Shown here: positions 26,905 through 41,049 of the stretch, one piece after another
Numbering within the stretch: position 1 is the first letter of the stretch
Layout: each line of letters opens with the position of its first letter
NCBI RefSeq assembly: GCF_006345805.1
Contig: NC_043000.1
Coordinates: 82,522,001 to 82,586,000 of the forward strand
Direction: 5' to 3'
From: Octopus sinensis
Taxonomy: Eukaryota
Length of the DNA stretch: 64,000 bases
Notes under the pieces: generated by a model
Seen by the model: only the letters and a program-made list of their open reading frames with translations
Databases searched by the model: none
Told to the model about the DNA's origin: nothing
Program-made: the position numbers and the translations under genes

Positions 26905-28536
26905 CACTACCGTCAGAAATTAATTAGCACCCTTGATTTGCTCTTCACTCAAGGTATTTGCTGTCACCTAGTGGCTATATCTCGAACTATTGCTTTGTTG
27001 CGAGTTCACTGTTGCGCAGTACGATGACGTAACTTTGTTTGCAGAGCGGTTTGAGAGTCTACAGCCTAATGATGTTGACCTAGCAGTGCAACAACAACTT
27101 GGGGTGCGGATGCAGACAAATCTTCCTTTGTTTAATAGATATAGGTAGCGCCTCTCAAGGACCGAAATCACACCGTACTAAGTTTTCTCATCGCGTAAGA
27201 CGTTTTGAACAGCTTGTAGGTTAATTGATTTGTGTATTTGCAAGATTTTTTTTCCTCACAAATTCTCCTACACTCTGCTTGGTGACGTCACTTACGGTTC
27301 ACAAAACTTTCTGTTATACATCAAATAAGATGAGAAATTCTGCTTTCTTTCTTTTTTGTTTAGCAGTTTTGTTATAGCATAACATTATTCAAATGAATAG
27401 TTTTAATGAAAATAACTTGTTTTTATCGTTCATTCCTAGATGGGCCCAAGACCTCGCATGACCTTGGAGAGACGGTACAAGGCTCTCTCGTGGCGTGGGA
27501 AGCTGTCGGAGGCTGCAATAGCCAGAAAACTTGGTGTAGCCAGGCGCACAATTCAGTGCTTATTTAAGAAATACGAGGAAACCGGATCAGCAGCTGACAA
27601 AAAGGGTAGGGGACGGAAGTCACTGTACAACCGAAGGGTAACGAGCCGGCAACTGGCGGAGGAGATGCAAAAGATGACAGGGAAGCAGTTGTCTACAACC
27701 ACCATCAAGACCAGATTACTGGAAGCTGGTCTAAAATCCTGTAGGGCCACCCGTAAGCCGCTCCTTACAGCCCAAAACCGGAAGAGGCGGCTGCTCTGGG
27801 CCCGTGCCCACAAGACATGGACCGTGCAGCAGTGGCGGACAGTGATGTTCACTTACGAGTCGCGATTCAGTCTCGTCAGTGACAAGCCTGTCCATGTGCG
27901 ACGCCGCAGGGGTGAGCGCTTCAACAAAGACTGCATTGCTCCCACCATGAAGCAAGGTGGGGGTGGTCTGATGGTGCGAGGGGCGTTCAGCTACAGTGGT
28001 GTTGGGCGGCTCTATGCCGTCGAAGTACGTTGAGATAGTACGGGATACCTCTTTGGTGGCGAGGAGTACTGCTCCAACAGGACAACGCGCCTTCCCACAC
28101 AGCCAAGCTCACAACCGGTTTCTTCAAGGACCATGGGGTGACGGTCATGGACTGGCCTGGCCAGTCACCTGACCTGAACCCTATTGAGAACCTCTGGAGT
28201 CGATTGGGTAGGGATTTGAATGTGCAACAATACAGGAACCGACACGAGCTGTTTGGGGCACTTCTTGCTGCATGGGGGGGCCATCCCTGCACAGTACCTG
28301 CAGGCGCTCATAGACAGCATGCCGACCCGCGTAGCAGCTCTCATTGCTGCCAAAGGAGGAGCAACAAGATATTGACTAAATTTCACGATTAATAACAATT
28401 ATGTGGTGTGCTGGGATATGTTTTAATAAATTTTTGATTAAAAACGAGTTCGTTTCTGATAATAAGTTAATTAAATTAAGAAAATGTAAGAAAATGTAGA
28501 AATTTGAGAAGTGCTAATTAATTTCCGACGCACGTG
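26905..28536 (+). mobile_element. Tc1-like DNA transposon (DD34E), near full-length, inactive
   Basis: TIRs cactaccgtcagaaattaattagcac / gtgctaattaatttccgacgcacgtg; TA TSDs. Confidence 0.92.
27440..28378 (+). pseudogene. Tc1 transposase, frameshifted
   Basis: HTH (IARKLGVARRTI), RKPLLT, WRTVMFT[Y]ESRF, QQDNAPSH...WPGQSPDLNPIENLW. 34 residues lie between D and E. Confidence 0.9.
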
Positions 28537-29775
28537 TACATATGTATACATAAGTGGTTTGAGATTGTGTGTGTAACATTGTACATGTATATGAACGCGT
28601 GTATATACGGGTATCAATGTATGTATATATGAGTGTTCATGTATGTATGAATATTTCACCTTTATGTTGAAAATTTGCTCCGTGTTCACAACTACGACAC
28701 TTGTGACACAACATGTAGCATTAGAGAGCATTTTTTCTTCTTTTGATTATTATCAATACATTGTTGATTATCTCACAAAGTATCGAATGAAACAGCAAAG
28801 GCTTACAGAATAAAGACAGCCATTGAGAACCGAAACCTGATTGCAGACTTGACTTCTTCAGGAGCTTATCTGTGGCTGCACAGCACTGAACACAGAAAGA
28901 AGTCGATGATTGCAATAGTAATCAGCACTATACCAGACCTGACCTGAACTTGGTGGGTCTACACAGCAGTAACAATAACAATATGCGAGAGAACACCAGT
29001 AAGAAAAACGGCAACAGCGGCAACAAATTTTTACACCGTACATGCACAATATAACAACGACAACAATAACAAAAACACCACAATTACATGTGCCTTTACA
29101 ATCAGTATCGACCAGTAACAACAATAACAGCAACTATTACTGTTACTTCTACTACCACGGGAAACAAGACAATGAAAATGTCTAAAAATTTTTTTTTTAA
29201 CATTGACAACAGATTAATGCAAAATAACGAAAACAGCATAACGATAACAACATCAACATCATCATCATCATCGTTATCATCATCATTGCGCTCATCTCAG
29301 AAAAAATAATAATAATAAAAGTAATTATTATTATCATTATTATTATATTATTATTATTATTATTATATTATTATTATTATTATTATTATTATTCAACATC
29401 TGATAGTTTCATGCGGATTTCTACTGCATCACCTGCTACACCTCCGTGTTGTTGGGGGTCTGTGTGCAGCATTATGTGCTATTTTTGTTGTTGGAGGAGT
29501 GCAATCTCTTCCTCATATTGTACTGCTTTAGTTTGTTTTGTTACAGGGTTTGGTTACAGTCTTTTGTTATAATAGTGTTTGTTTTGTTGCGTTGTTTGTG
29601 TACTGCGAGTTATGTTCTTCTATTGAGTATCCGGCCTGTAGAGTACATGTTGTGGCGGTGTATTTTATTGGATATTTACTGTGTAGAGTGTGTCTTGTGT
29701 TTGTAGATTATTTTGCTTGAGTTGTATTATTGAATTGATTGTCTTGCGTAGGATATGGGCTGTTCCAAAGGAAAA

Positions 29776-29837
<62 letters not shown>

Positions 29838-30039
29838 TATAATATATATTATATATACAATATAATATTTCGTGGGGTTAAAACCTGGAAAGGTATAGTA
29901 GGAAAGGGATAGTAGCAGACACCAATAAACCAAGGGGAAAGAAATACCTACGGGATGGGGGAGGAAGACTAAACTATCTGGGTTTTGCGAAGGTCCTGCG
30001 GTTTTTATGCGGACACCGTATCAACACTACGTTTCTTTT

Positions 30040-30930
30040 GTTAATAATGCTACCTTGATTTTTTTAGTAGCTCGAAAGCCGTGTAAAGGTTGCACTCCTC
30101 CCTTCTCCTGTGTAGGGGAGCGCAGACGTCACAACAGACCAAGAAATCATGCATGGGGCTCTCTTTAATTTTAAATCCCAACCAGCTCAGCCAGTAATGT
30201 GGATTTAAGCTTATTAAATATCTAGAAGTGGACATGATTATAATATCTCCGTTTAAATTGGAAAGCAGTGGATCCTATGTAGTGGAAGGACTTATTATCA
30301 GTGGTTACAGTGCCCCTATAAACTACATTCCTCCTGAGGCACTAGTTGTCCAGAGGAAACATGGAAGGTTCACGACAGTTACAAAGCATTGTAGGGTCTT
30401 GCATAGGCGAAGTCTTATTAGATGCCTCCGGTTTTGCGGTAGTCATTCAGAGAGGTGCCGAGTTGTGGGTTGCTGCTGCCTGTTAGCCTCGCTCGTGTGC
30501 TGGGTCCGGTTGGAGTAGGGAGGTGTGTCTGGATTATTAGGTGGATCTGAATCTGTTCTGGAGTTTGACTTTCTGTTATTTAGGGTAGCTATAGTTTGTG
30601 CTAAATTAGGTGTGGTGGAGTAGGATAACTTCACATTGTGTCTATTAAAGATTTTGTGGTATCTGTGTGTAGGGGAAGTGTTTGTTTAATGCTGTCAAGA
30701 AAATGTCGGGTGTGTCTAAAGGATTGTTCGATGCAAAAGGAGGGTTAAACCATATTATATTCCTTTTGCGTGCCTGGTTGGTTCGTATTCTATGCTGTGG
30801 GTCAGAGAATCTAACACCTTGCTTATCGGTATCAGGTTTTCCCATACATTTTGGGCGTTGCTCTATGATTTTATTACGTTCTAATTTCTTAGAGATCGCG
30901 TTTGTGGTGTGCAGTGGACCCAGTCTATAA
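30040..30930 (-). mobile_element. Penelope-like element fragment (linker + GIY-YIG)
   Basis: RKRNIIWFNPPF, KLSYSTTPNLAQTI and CLRRNVVYRGTVTTDNKSFHYIGST..FKRRYYNH on the minus strand. Confidence 0.85.
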
Positions 30931-31224
30931 ACGTGTGTGTGTTTCTATGCGTACATTTCTGTATGTCCGTCCTTTACTATTACTACTTGTACCTCTCTCC
31001 CAGTGCTGAAATACTTTAAGGTCATAAATTTTAGTCCCACCACCACCACTACATACATTTTTAGCATCCTCATACTTTGACTCCGGAGAATTATCTAGTT
31101 AAATATTTAATAGATATTTTCACTTTAAGTTGTCGAAGACTAATGTTGCTGTGTGATCAAATACATCGTATTCCATCGGACGAATCTGGGTAACAATGAC
31201 TCTGCTAGTACTGGTTGACACGGC

Positions 31225-31595
31225 CCCAGTTTCTTCTTCTTTTTTCTTTTTCTTCTTCTTCTTCTTCTTCTTCTTCTTTCTTCTTCTTCTTCTTCTTCTT
31301 CTTCTTCTTTTCCGTCTTTTCCTTCTTCTTTTCCTTCTTCTTCTTCTCCTCTTCTTCTTCTTCTTCTTTTCGTTCTTTTTCTTATTTTCCTTTTTTTCTT
31401 CTTCTTCTTCTTCTTCTTCTTCTTCTTCTTCTCCTCCTCCTCCTCTTCCCCTTCTTATTCTTCTCCTCCTCCTCCTTCTTCTTCCCTTCCTTCTTTTTTT
31501 CTTTTCTTCTACTTCTTCCTTTCCTTCTCCTTCTGATTCTTCTCTTTCACCCTCTATTCGTTTTCTTCCACCTCCTTCCCTTTCTCCCTTCTATT
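31225..31595. repeat. (TTC)n/(TCC)n polypyrimidine tract
   Basis: Seen directly. Confidence 0.95.
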
Positions 31596-32169
31596 TTTAT
31601 ACGTATCCAGCCTCTAATTTTTACTTTTTTGTTTCCTCCCGATACTTTCATAACAACAAGGTCTGTTGTAATAGCATGACTTTGATGTCAGTCTCAGGAA
31701 GTACCTCTCCATTGCATAAACTGCAAATATTACGTAATTTATGTTTTAGAATTTTCGCGTAAACTGACGTTGCAAATGGAGATGGTATGGAAACATGTGA
31801 AACTTATAATTAAGGATATGTTAAAGAATTTTCTTTGTCTTCTATTCATTGGATTATTTATTCTTCACCAAACCATATGACAGTATAATCGACGTGAAAC
31901 TTGGATTTTCTACATCAAAAGTAATCTGGCCCTGGCTTGGATCACGATAGTGTTGATAGCCCAGTATTCGGGCTGAGTGCATCTCTGGAAGTACCCCCAA
32001 CTTGACACCCAACTGACTTTAGCTATGTATGTGTATGTATATATATATATATATGGTATGTGTGTGTATATATATATATATGCGTATGTATATATGTATA
32101 TGTGTATATATATATATATAGGCGTATGTATGTATATGTGTATATATATATGTGTGTGTATGTGTGTGT

Positions 32170-32335
32170 ATACTCTCCCTGTTTATTTCTGTGTTCCTTT
32201 CTGTCGAAGAGCGGCATAGGCTTGAAATGTAAAAGACTTTCTCACTTCCCAAGCGTTAAACTAATAGATCTGTTTGTTGTTTACACACCCGTCTTCGTCT
32301 TTTGTTTTGTTTTGTTTTTTGTAAATTCTCACTAT
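32170..32335 (+). mobile_element. PLE-type short repeat, degenerate hammerhead (32197-32235)
   Basis: Same family as 8310 and 25030; CTGTCGA core retained. Confidence 0.65.
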
Positions 32336-32340
32336 ATATA

Positions 32341-32513
32341 GACAAACGACAGTTTTCTTTCAATTTCTGTCTACCAAATACATGCACTATGCTTTTTTTG
32401 TTTATCGGCCTGGAGCTATAGTACAAAACACTTGCCCAAGATGCCACGCAGTGGGACTGAACCCACAACTGTGTGGTTTGGAAACAAACCACTTTCTGGA
32501 CAGCCACATCCAC
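32341..32513 (-). mobile_element. SINE family A 5' half
   Basis: cacttgcccaagatgccacgcagtgggactgaaccc. Confidence 0.75.
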
Positions 32514-32857
32514 GGCTAAAACAACATTTTAAAAATAAACATGAAAAAAATCCTCAAATGGTTTGTTTAGAGCGTAGTGAGAAAGAAAGAGAGAAAAGGA
32601 GTAGTAGGAGAGGTTAATCAGAAGACAATCAATTTCTTGATGGACAAATAAAGATAAAATGAGCGAGAAAGAAAGAAAGAATGAGGTAATGAGTAAAAAA
32701 GCACTTCAGAGAGAGAGAGAGAGAGGGGGGTAGGGAGAGGGAGATAGTTAGGTAGGAAGAGAGGGTGATGTTAAAGAACGATAATTTAACATATTGTTAT
32801 AACAGATTTGATGGCTAAAGACACATGATGCTTATGTCGGCTAGACAGACAGCTAGC

Positions 32858-32998
<141 letters not shown>

Positions 32999-32999
32999 T

Positions 33000-33053
<54 letters not shown>

Positions 33054-33117
33054 CTGACAGACAAACAGAAAAATAGATAGATAGACAGACAGAAAGAGAT
33101 GTAGAGGGATAGACGGA

Positions 33118-33545
33118 TAGATGTCATGTCAAGCGCACTCAGATCCCGATGACCAATCATCTCCATCATCTTTGCAACGCAGCTTATTTCAATCTTTGTG
33201 TCCTCAAGCAGCTGCTGCACTTAGGTTCGTCAAGCTGTGCCTCTGCTTTCATCATAAACTCGTTCCCATGGTAATAGTTGACTGCAACTTCATCCTTTCT
33301 TTGCCAACAATGTCACACAAAATTGAATCTGCGCTGCTTGATAGTCTCTGTTAATAATGATGTATTTTCATGCAATACACTGTTCGGCAAATGTTGCTCC
33401 TACGAAACGTTCTACGCTCACATAAACATTTTGCTATATGTTCCGTTTAATGTACTTTCCTTTACTTTTAAAAATATCCAGCATTCACATCAATATGCTA
33501 TAGCAACTCTAAAAGCGACATCCAACATTTTAGGTATATCACTTT
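33118..33545 (-). mobile_element. RTE-clade LINE 3' end, followed by (ATCT)n tail (32850-33117)
   Basis: Minus-strand translation CECWIFLK..LNGTYSKMF..NVS*EQHLPNSVL...IKQRRFNFV*HCWQR...QLLEDT matches the RTE C-terminal pattern. Confidence 0.7.
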
Positions 33546-34177
33546 AAGCCATGAGGATCGATTATAATTTATAATTTACTTCTTTTGATGACGAGGGAAT
33601 ACGCAACAGTAACATACTGCAGTCGATTTAATAGATTGTTTTTAAAAGAATAAAGGATTAATGAATTTTGAGTGTTTTCAGTGGGGGTTAAAGAGAAACA
33701 TTAGCGTTAGCTAATATTATTGCTTGGCTGCGCAAGAAAGAGACTCAAATTACCAAATAATTGCGTTTCCCAACGTTGCATCATGGTTTACTTTCTCAGT
33801 AATATTCTGTACATTTGAGTCTGAATGAGGGCTACATGAAATCTTGTACTCATGATCAGCAGATTCGTGAACCGGGCGTTGCGTTGTTTTTTTTTTTTTT
33901 AGCAAAACATTCATTTCACGTTGCTCTACAATCACTTCGACATCTGGATGGACGGAGTGAGCTAACACACGGCATTTGACTACAATAAACAAATCATCTG
34001 TTCTACGAGAAATTGTGGAACCCTCATTTGTACCCTACGAAAGGAAAAGCCACGACTGAGTCTGTGCTGTAAATCAGTAAGAAATATTTGCTGAATTTCT
34101 ACTAATAAAAGCTTACACCCAGAAAAGATCGGAGTTGGCACCCTTGGTTACTCAGATAAACGATAATCTTATTTAAT

Positions 34178-34770
34178 AGGCGCAGGTGGGGTTGTGTGGT
34201 AAGAAGCTTGTGTGGTAAGGCGGCGAGCTGGCAGAAACGTTAGCACGCCGGGTGAAATGCTTAGAGGTATTTCGTCTGCCACTACGTTCTTAGTTCAAAT
34301 TCCGCCGAGGTCGACTTTGCCTTTCATCCTTTCTGGGTCGATTAAATAAGTACCAGTTACGCACTGGGGTCGATATAATCGACTTAATCCGTTTGTCTGT
34401 CCTTGTTTGTCCTCTCTGTGTTTAGCCCCTTGTGGGTAGTAAAGAAATAGGTATTTCGTCTGCCTTTACGTTCTGAGTTCAAATTCCGCCGAGGTCGACT
34501 CTGCCTTTCATCCTTTCGGGGTCGATAAATTAAGTACCAGTTACGCACTAGGGTCGATGTAATCGACTTAATCCATTTGTCTGTCGTTATTTGTCCCCTC
34601 TATGTTTAGCCCCTTGTGGGCAGTAAAGAAATAAGAAGCTTGCTTCCCAACCACATGGTTCGGGTTCATTCCCACTACATGGCACCTTGAGCAAGTGTCT
34701 TCTACTATAGCTTCGGGTTGACCAAAGCCTTGTGAGTGGATTCGGTAGACGGAAACTGAAAAAAACCTGT
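34178..34770 (+). mobile_element. SINE family A 5' half split by a SINE-B insertion
   Basis: Head to 34210 resumes at 34632 with duplicated taagaagcttg. Confidence 0.85.
34219..34632 (+). mobile_element. SINE family B, full copy plus tandem partial copy
   Basis: ggcggcgagctggcagaaacgttagc...gttcaaattcc...tail tttagccccttgtgggcagtaaagaaat. Second unit starts at about 34450. Confidence 0.9.
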
Positions 34771-34775
34771 TGTGC

Positions 34776-34808
<33 letters not shown>

Positions 34809-34843
34809 GTGTGTGCGTGTGTGTGTGTGTGTGTGAGTGTGTA

Positions 34844-36120
34844 TACTAGCTGCTGTACCCGGTAATTTCCGGGGGTAAAGATGTTCTATTGAAACGCCTC
34901 ATTTCTCTGATATAATAAAGCAATTTTGTTATAACTGCCACTATAAATACGTTGTGGAGTAAAAAAAAAATTAAATGCAGAATTATCGGAGTAATGGGCA
35001 TTTAAAAAAGTATGTATGTACAGAAATGTATGAATGAAGTCTTTAAGGTTTAAGATTCAAATCAAGGAAGTGCAATAATAATGTTTAGCAGTTCAAAACT
35101 GAGTAGTAAAATGCAGATTTAGGTCGGCTGCTCATGAGAATCAAATATTGATCACTTCGCTAAAAACTGCAGGTGGTGTGGATTATTTGCCTTGAGTTAT
35201 TTAAATAAAATAGTAGTAATATGTAGTAGATAGGATCCATTGGAGAGACCCTAATATCGATTTTTTTTTAGCAATCTCAGTATGTCACGAGGTTTCCAGG
35301 CATGAGTTCTACTCACGGGTCAAATAAAGTATAAAAGTGATATTGTCTGTAAAAATTAGAAATTGGACACACAAAAAATCAATATTCAAAGTAATCGAAC
35401 ATAAACGATGAAACCTGTAAAATATTTCTAAATTCGATGGCCCAATTAGTTTCATGAAAAGGTTGTATGAATTGTATGATTTGTAGAATAAGTATAAGTG
35501 ATGCAGGGTGTCCCAACTGAATTGTGGTGTGGAAGTTTGGTTTCATTTTTTAAGGATTTTAAGCATTCAAAGTATGAGCTCATTGTATTGGGACACATTT
35601 ATCAAATACGTTCTGGAATCAAACATTTATGTACTGTCATAACATTTCATCTGTCGAACTGGAAAATGCAGAATTATCGGAATTATGGGCATTGAAAGTG
35701 TACATGCAACAAGAAAGTGCTATATTAAGGTTTAGCAGTTGAAAACTGTGAGTAGTGAAATACAGAATTAGGTCTGCTGATCGTGAGAATCAAATACTGA
35801 TCGCTTCGCTAAAAACTAACAACTGTAACTGCGGGTGCTATGGATTTATTTTCCTTGAATGTTTAAAAAATATTGTGCTGGTGCTATGGGTTATTTCCCT
35901 TGGGTGTTTAAAAAATTAGTTATATACGTAGGGTAGATATAAGATCCCTTCCTGGGGCCGTATTATCGACTTCTTTCAACAATCTAAGTATGTCATGAGC
36001 TTTCTAGCAATGAGTTCTAATCACGTGTCAAGTTTCATCGAAATCAATAAAACGATGTAGGAGGAGTTAGCTAACAACGCCACAAACAAACACACCGATT
36101 TTCCGCATATGTAGTATATA
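34844..36120 (+). mobile_element. Non-autonomous Helitron/Helentron-like (HINE/DINE-type) element with internal duplication
   Basis: 5' tactagctgctgtacccgg..ccggg; 3' aagtttcatcgaaatc...acaaacaaac...ttttccgcatatgtag. Internal repeat at about 34975-35330 and 35665-36030. Confidence 0.55.
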
Positions 36121-36202
36121 ATATACTTCATATAAACAAGAATAAAATCATATAAATGATAATATCAAGTGGCCAACATGCTATAAAGCCATGTAGTTAA
36201 AT

Positions 36203-36520
36203 TATACTAAACTAATAATTATATACAAAAATTATATGATTATATAAGGGGACAGGAAAATACCATACTCCAACATGTACGAATACGCCAAAAAATGTTA
36301 TAAAACCACCTTTAGCTCCTGCACAAATACGGGTTGTAGACGGGCAAATGAAAGATACAAAATAAAACTCCACAGTCAATTGTGTATTGAACCCGTATTT
36401 GTGCAGGAGCTAAAGGTGGTTTTATAACGTTTTTGGCGTATTCTTACATGTTGGAGCATGAGTTTTTCTTGTTCTCTTATACAATTATATAATTTATATA
36501 TGCCATTATTATTTTAGCGT
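36203..36520. repeat. ~130-bp inverted repeat (PLE-type inverted terminus)
   Basis: Arms 36203-36335 and 36390-36520 are near reverse complements. Confidence 0.8.
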
Positions 36521-36544
36521 ATATATATATATATATATATATAA

Positions 36545-36738
36545 GGGGGGGGAATTCACAAGAAAACAAAAGACGAAGATAAGTGGTGTAGACTAGAAAC
36601 AGATGTATTAGTATAACGCTCGGGAAGTGAAAAAGTCTTTAACGTTTCGAGCCTACGCTCTTCCACAGAAAGGAACACAGAAAGAAACAAGGAGAGAAAA
36701 TAAAGAATGTGTAGTGGCTAGCGATCTATCATGGCGAA
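36545..36738 (-). mobile_element. PLE-type short repeat with minimal hammerhead (36637-36672)
   Basis: Minus strand: cttt CTGTGGA a gagc gtag gctc GAAA cgT T aaag. Confidence 0.7.
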
Positions 36739-36739
36739 A

Positions 36740-36985
36740 GGCGTGTGTGTGTTTCTGTGTCCGTGTTTGTCTACCACTACTGATTGACAACCGGTGTTGG
36801 TGTCTTTACGTCCCCGTAACATAGCGGATCGGAAAAAGAGGGTGATAGAATATGTACCAGGCTTTGAAAAATGAGTACCAGCTTTAAAAAAATAAGTACT
36901 GGGGTCGATACGTTCGAGTAAAAATTCTTCGAGGCGGTGCTTCAGCATGGCCGCAGTCTAATGGCTGAAACAATGAAAAGATAAA
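36740..36985 (+). mobile_element. SINE family A 3' half
   Basis: ttgacaaccggtgttggtg...gcatggccgcagtctaatggctgaaac. Confidence 0.75.
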
Positions 36986-37912
36986 AACACTAAAATTTGT
37001 CATTAAAGTTGTAATCATCGCCGCCATTATCATCATTATCGTCGTTGTCATTATCACCAGCAACAGCAGAATCACCATAATCGTTAACTGAATTTTCCAT
37101 TGGTAACAGTAATTGCTAAATTATATTAGAGCATTTATATATGAATATGTGTGCGCATGTGCATTTGTGTATATATGTTTATGCATGTGTATGTGTGTTT
37201 CATGCAACCAGCCTTACACATGCACTTCACGTCAGTATGTCATGGCATCATTGCTATATAGCGTACCGTCAACTTTCATACTGGCAATGATGTATACATA
37301 TACGCAACACTATATATTGGTCCGTATAGGTTTGTATATATGTATGCATGAATATACATGTATATATGTGTATTTATATATGTATATACACACACACTCA
37401 TGCACACACACACGCACTCACACGCACACACACACACACGCATATACATATATGCGCGCGTGTGTTTGTGTTTGTATGTGTCTGTGTTGGTGTGTGTGTT
37501 TGTTTTCTAATTTTGAGTAAATTTTGACCAGCCACCTACTCGGTAGCAAGGTTTTGAAGGGAAGCATCTTGTTTCATTCATCATCCTTTAAATCTTAAGA
37601 ATGTCTGGCAGATTTTTATAGTCCCAGATATCGCGATCACTTGTAGCATATGAATTAAGGATTTTCGTTTTCCTCAAGATTTTGCATGTATGTATGAAGT
37701 ATGTATGTCATTGTTCAGTTTTATTTCAAGATTTCTTGCCAATAGAGAAAGAGATGATTTCAATAACCTAGATCCAATGCTCCTTCATTGGAATTTCAAC
37801 AACATCAACAGGGTATTTTTTGTATGTATGTATATGTGCAGATTTATATGTTTTGTTTTATGTATGTCCTCTCATGCATATACTTACATATCTAGACATG
37901 TTCATATATAGT

Positions 37913-38074
37913 TGTTGTGTGGAGGCCCCGAGACGAGAAAGTAGGCTATCCCAATACGTAGATATAGTGGGAAAAGCCTAGACGTCAGAGTTCAGACTAG
38001 AACAGCGTAGCAGTAGAGAGTAGTAGAGCAGAAGTAGAGTCGAGTAGTAGAGGCATCAAACGTGCGACATAACA
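37913..38074. mobile_element. Putative solo LTR (162 bp)
   Basis: TGTTGTGT...ACATAACA inverted termini; 5-bp flanks atagt/atact. Confidence 0.5.
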
Positions 38075-38367
38075 ATACTTATATGATAAACTTCTGGAAA
38101 GTTTTACATGTACAAGAACGAGTGTGCAAACAAACGAAAGAAAGAGGTACTCAACACATTTAGTAGGAATTCCATATACTATGATATAAAACAGTTTGAT
38201 TCGGCCCCGTGCTAACCCAACTAAGCCTGAAGGAGTTAAGATTCTGTAAAAAAAACCTACAAAACTTTAAGGCGCATTGGGCCGAATCAAATGCTTTAAA
38301 TAATAATATGTGTACATACATATATGTATGAGTATTGTTATGTATGTATGTATGTATTTGTATTTGT

Positions 38368-38604
38368 ATTCTTTTATTCTTTTATTTATTTCAGTCATTT
38401 TACTGCGGCCATGCTGGAGCACCGCCTTTAGTCGAACAAATCGACCCCAAGACCTATTTTTTGTAAGCTTAGTACTTATTCTATGGGTTTCTTTTGCCGA
38501 ACCGTTAAGTTGGGGGAGATAAACACACCAACATCGCCTATCAAGCGATGGTGGGGGAACAAATACAGACACAAAAACATACATACATACATATATATCT
38601 ATAT

Positions 38605-38652
<48 letters not shown>

Positions 38653-38750
38653 TATATACGATGGACTTCTTTCAGTTTCCGTCTACCAAATCCACTCAGA
38701 AGGCTTTGGTTGGCGCGAGGCTATAGAAGACACTTGCCCAAAGTGCCACA
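38368..38750 (-). mobile_element. SINE family A, 5'-truncated
   Basis: gcggccatgctggagcaccgcc...cacttgcccaaagtgccac. Confidence 0.85.
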
Positions 38751-39489
38751 TGATGGTATGCCTGTATCATTCATAAATATATATAACAATATGCATATTT
38801 AAATATATGCAAATAATATATATATGACTACATAAATACATATATATTATTTGTACGGTTACATATGCACACATATGAATGCATGCATACCTATGTGTGT
38901 GTACGTATGTATATGCGTGTATGTCTGTATCTATATGTATGTGTGTATCTATGTATGCATGTATGCATGTATGTATGCGGGCATACGTGCCAGCATGTAT
39001 GTATGCCCAGAAGAACTTTTATTCCATTGTTACGACTCTATCGTCTTCCCAGGCAATTGATAGCTTGAAAATGTCGTGAAATAAAATTTTACATTTTTTT
39101 AGATATTTCATTATTGTTTTCTACGTATTGATTTTAGTACTGATCGATACATCTAAGTAAAGCGTATATTTATTTATTTTGTTTATTGTCAATATATACG
39201 TCCGCTTACTCCTCTTTCTGTCTCATACTCCTCCATTTTTACTCTCTCTTTGTACGTGTGTATATTTGTGTGCGTATATATGTGTGTGTATATTCTCTTT
39301 TTTATATATATTCTACTTATTATACAACATTACTCTTTTATGTACACTGATTTGTTCTGCTTTTTTATGTTTAACCCTACAGTCTCTTATGTGGTGGTTT
39401 AATAAAGTATGTGATTGAGTATTATCAGGTAATTGATATTTGATTTAGATGTATTTCTCCATTTTCTTATCTTGTATATATATATATAT

Positions 39490-39609
<120 letters not shown>

Positions 39610-40474
39610 CATATATGTATATATAGGTGTGTATATGTATATATCTACATGTATATTATATATGTGTGTTAGTGTGCGTGTGTGTGTAAAAGCTAAAGCC
39701 CAGTGAAACTACAGGGTCAGAGTTAGGTTTATTTTTAACTACAGTGTAAGATTATTTAATTACGGAAATCACTTTGCGAGGTTTCAAGCAAAATCATTTT
39801 TCGAGGTGTGAAAAATTCTATCCTTTCATATGAGTGTGGATGCAATGGATAATGATTAGAAATGACTAAATATATATAGTTTTCATACGTAGGACGAATG
39901 CTATCTGATAGGGGAAAGCCATGTGATTGTAAGATAGAGAGACGAGAATTTAGAAGAAATAGAGATCCCTGTAAATAATTATAGGCGCCTTGAAAGCGAT
40001 TTAAAATGTGCAGACGAATGCGAAACTAAAACCATAGCACTTACATGCCACAGTATATATAGAATAACACTGCTAGTACTGCACCCATATGTGTAGAGAA
40101 CTCTCACAGATTCTCTCACCACCACAAACAACATCCAATAAACTCGATTAGAAGACTTAGATTATAAAAGAAAAACAAAACATTGAATGTACTCATGACA
40201 CAAAAGAGCTGTGCCAGCAATAAAAATAAAACTACTAAAGTAAATACAATACTAACGTCTTAATGTTGCGTAAGATAAAATGAAAAAGAAAGAAGTATTT
40301 AATTGTTTTCAGAAAATTACGCCCGTTTCCCAGAAATTTGATAGGGAAAATATTAGATCTTCCAGATTAAACGTATTTCCCTTGGTCTCTCTATGTCTCA
40401 GAATTTCCGTTATAAAAATTGTATTTACTAAGGTGAGTCAGACGCTGGAGTAAAATTTGTCTCCTTTAAAACCA

Positions 40475-40882
40475 CCTTTTCTACTCTAGGCACAAGCTCC
40501 GAAATTTTAGATCGATCCCAGTACGCAACTGGTACTTAATTTATCGACCCCGAAAGGATGAAAGGCAAAGTCGACCTCGGCGGAATTTGAACTCAGAACG
40601 TAAAGACAGACGAAATACCGCTAGGCATTTCGCCCGGCGTGCTAACGTTTCTTATTTTTTTATTGCCCACAAGGGGCTAAATATAGAGGAGACAAACAAA
40701 GACAGACAAAGGGATTAAGTCGATTATATTGACCCCAATGCGTAACTATTACTTATTTAAACGACCCCGAAAGCATAAAAGGTAAAGTCGACCTCGGCGG
40801 AATTTGAACTCAGAACGTAGCGCAGACGAAATACCTCTACGCATTTCGTCCGGCGTGCTAACGTTTCTGCCAGCTCGCCGCC
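40475..40882 (-). mobile_element. SINE family B, two adjoining copies with different tails
   Basis: Full copy at 40652-40882 abuts a second copy that starts at its tRNA A-box region. Confidence 0.85.
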
Positions 40883-41049
40883 TTCTTTCAAAGCACCTTG
40901 CAAGACATCATCACTTAGCTAAATACATGGGACGCTGTTATTGTTGTTGCTGTTGCTGTTTCTGTTGTTATTGCTCTTGTAAATGTTGACAACCGTCACC
41001 ACCACTACTACCACCACCGTCACCACCGGCGCCACCACCACCACCACTA

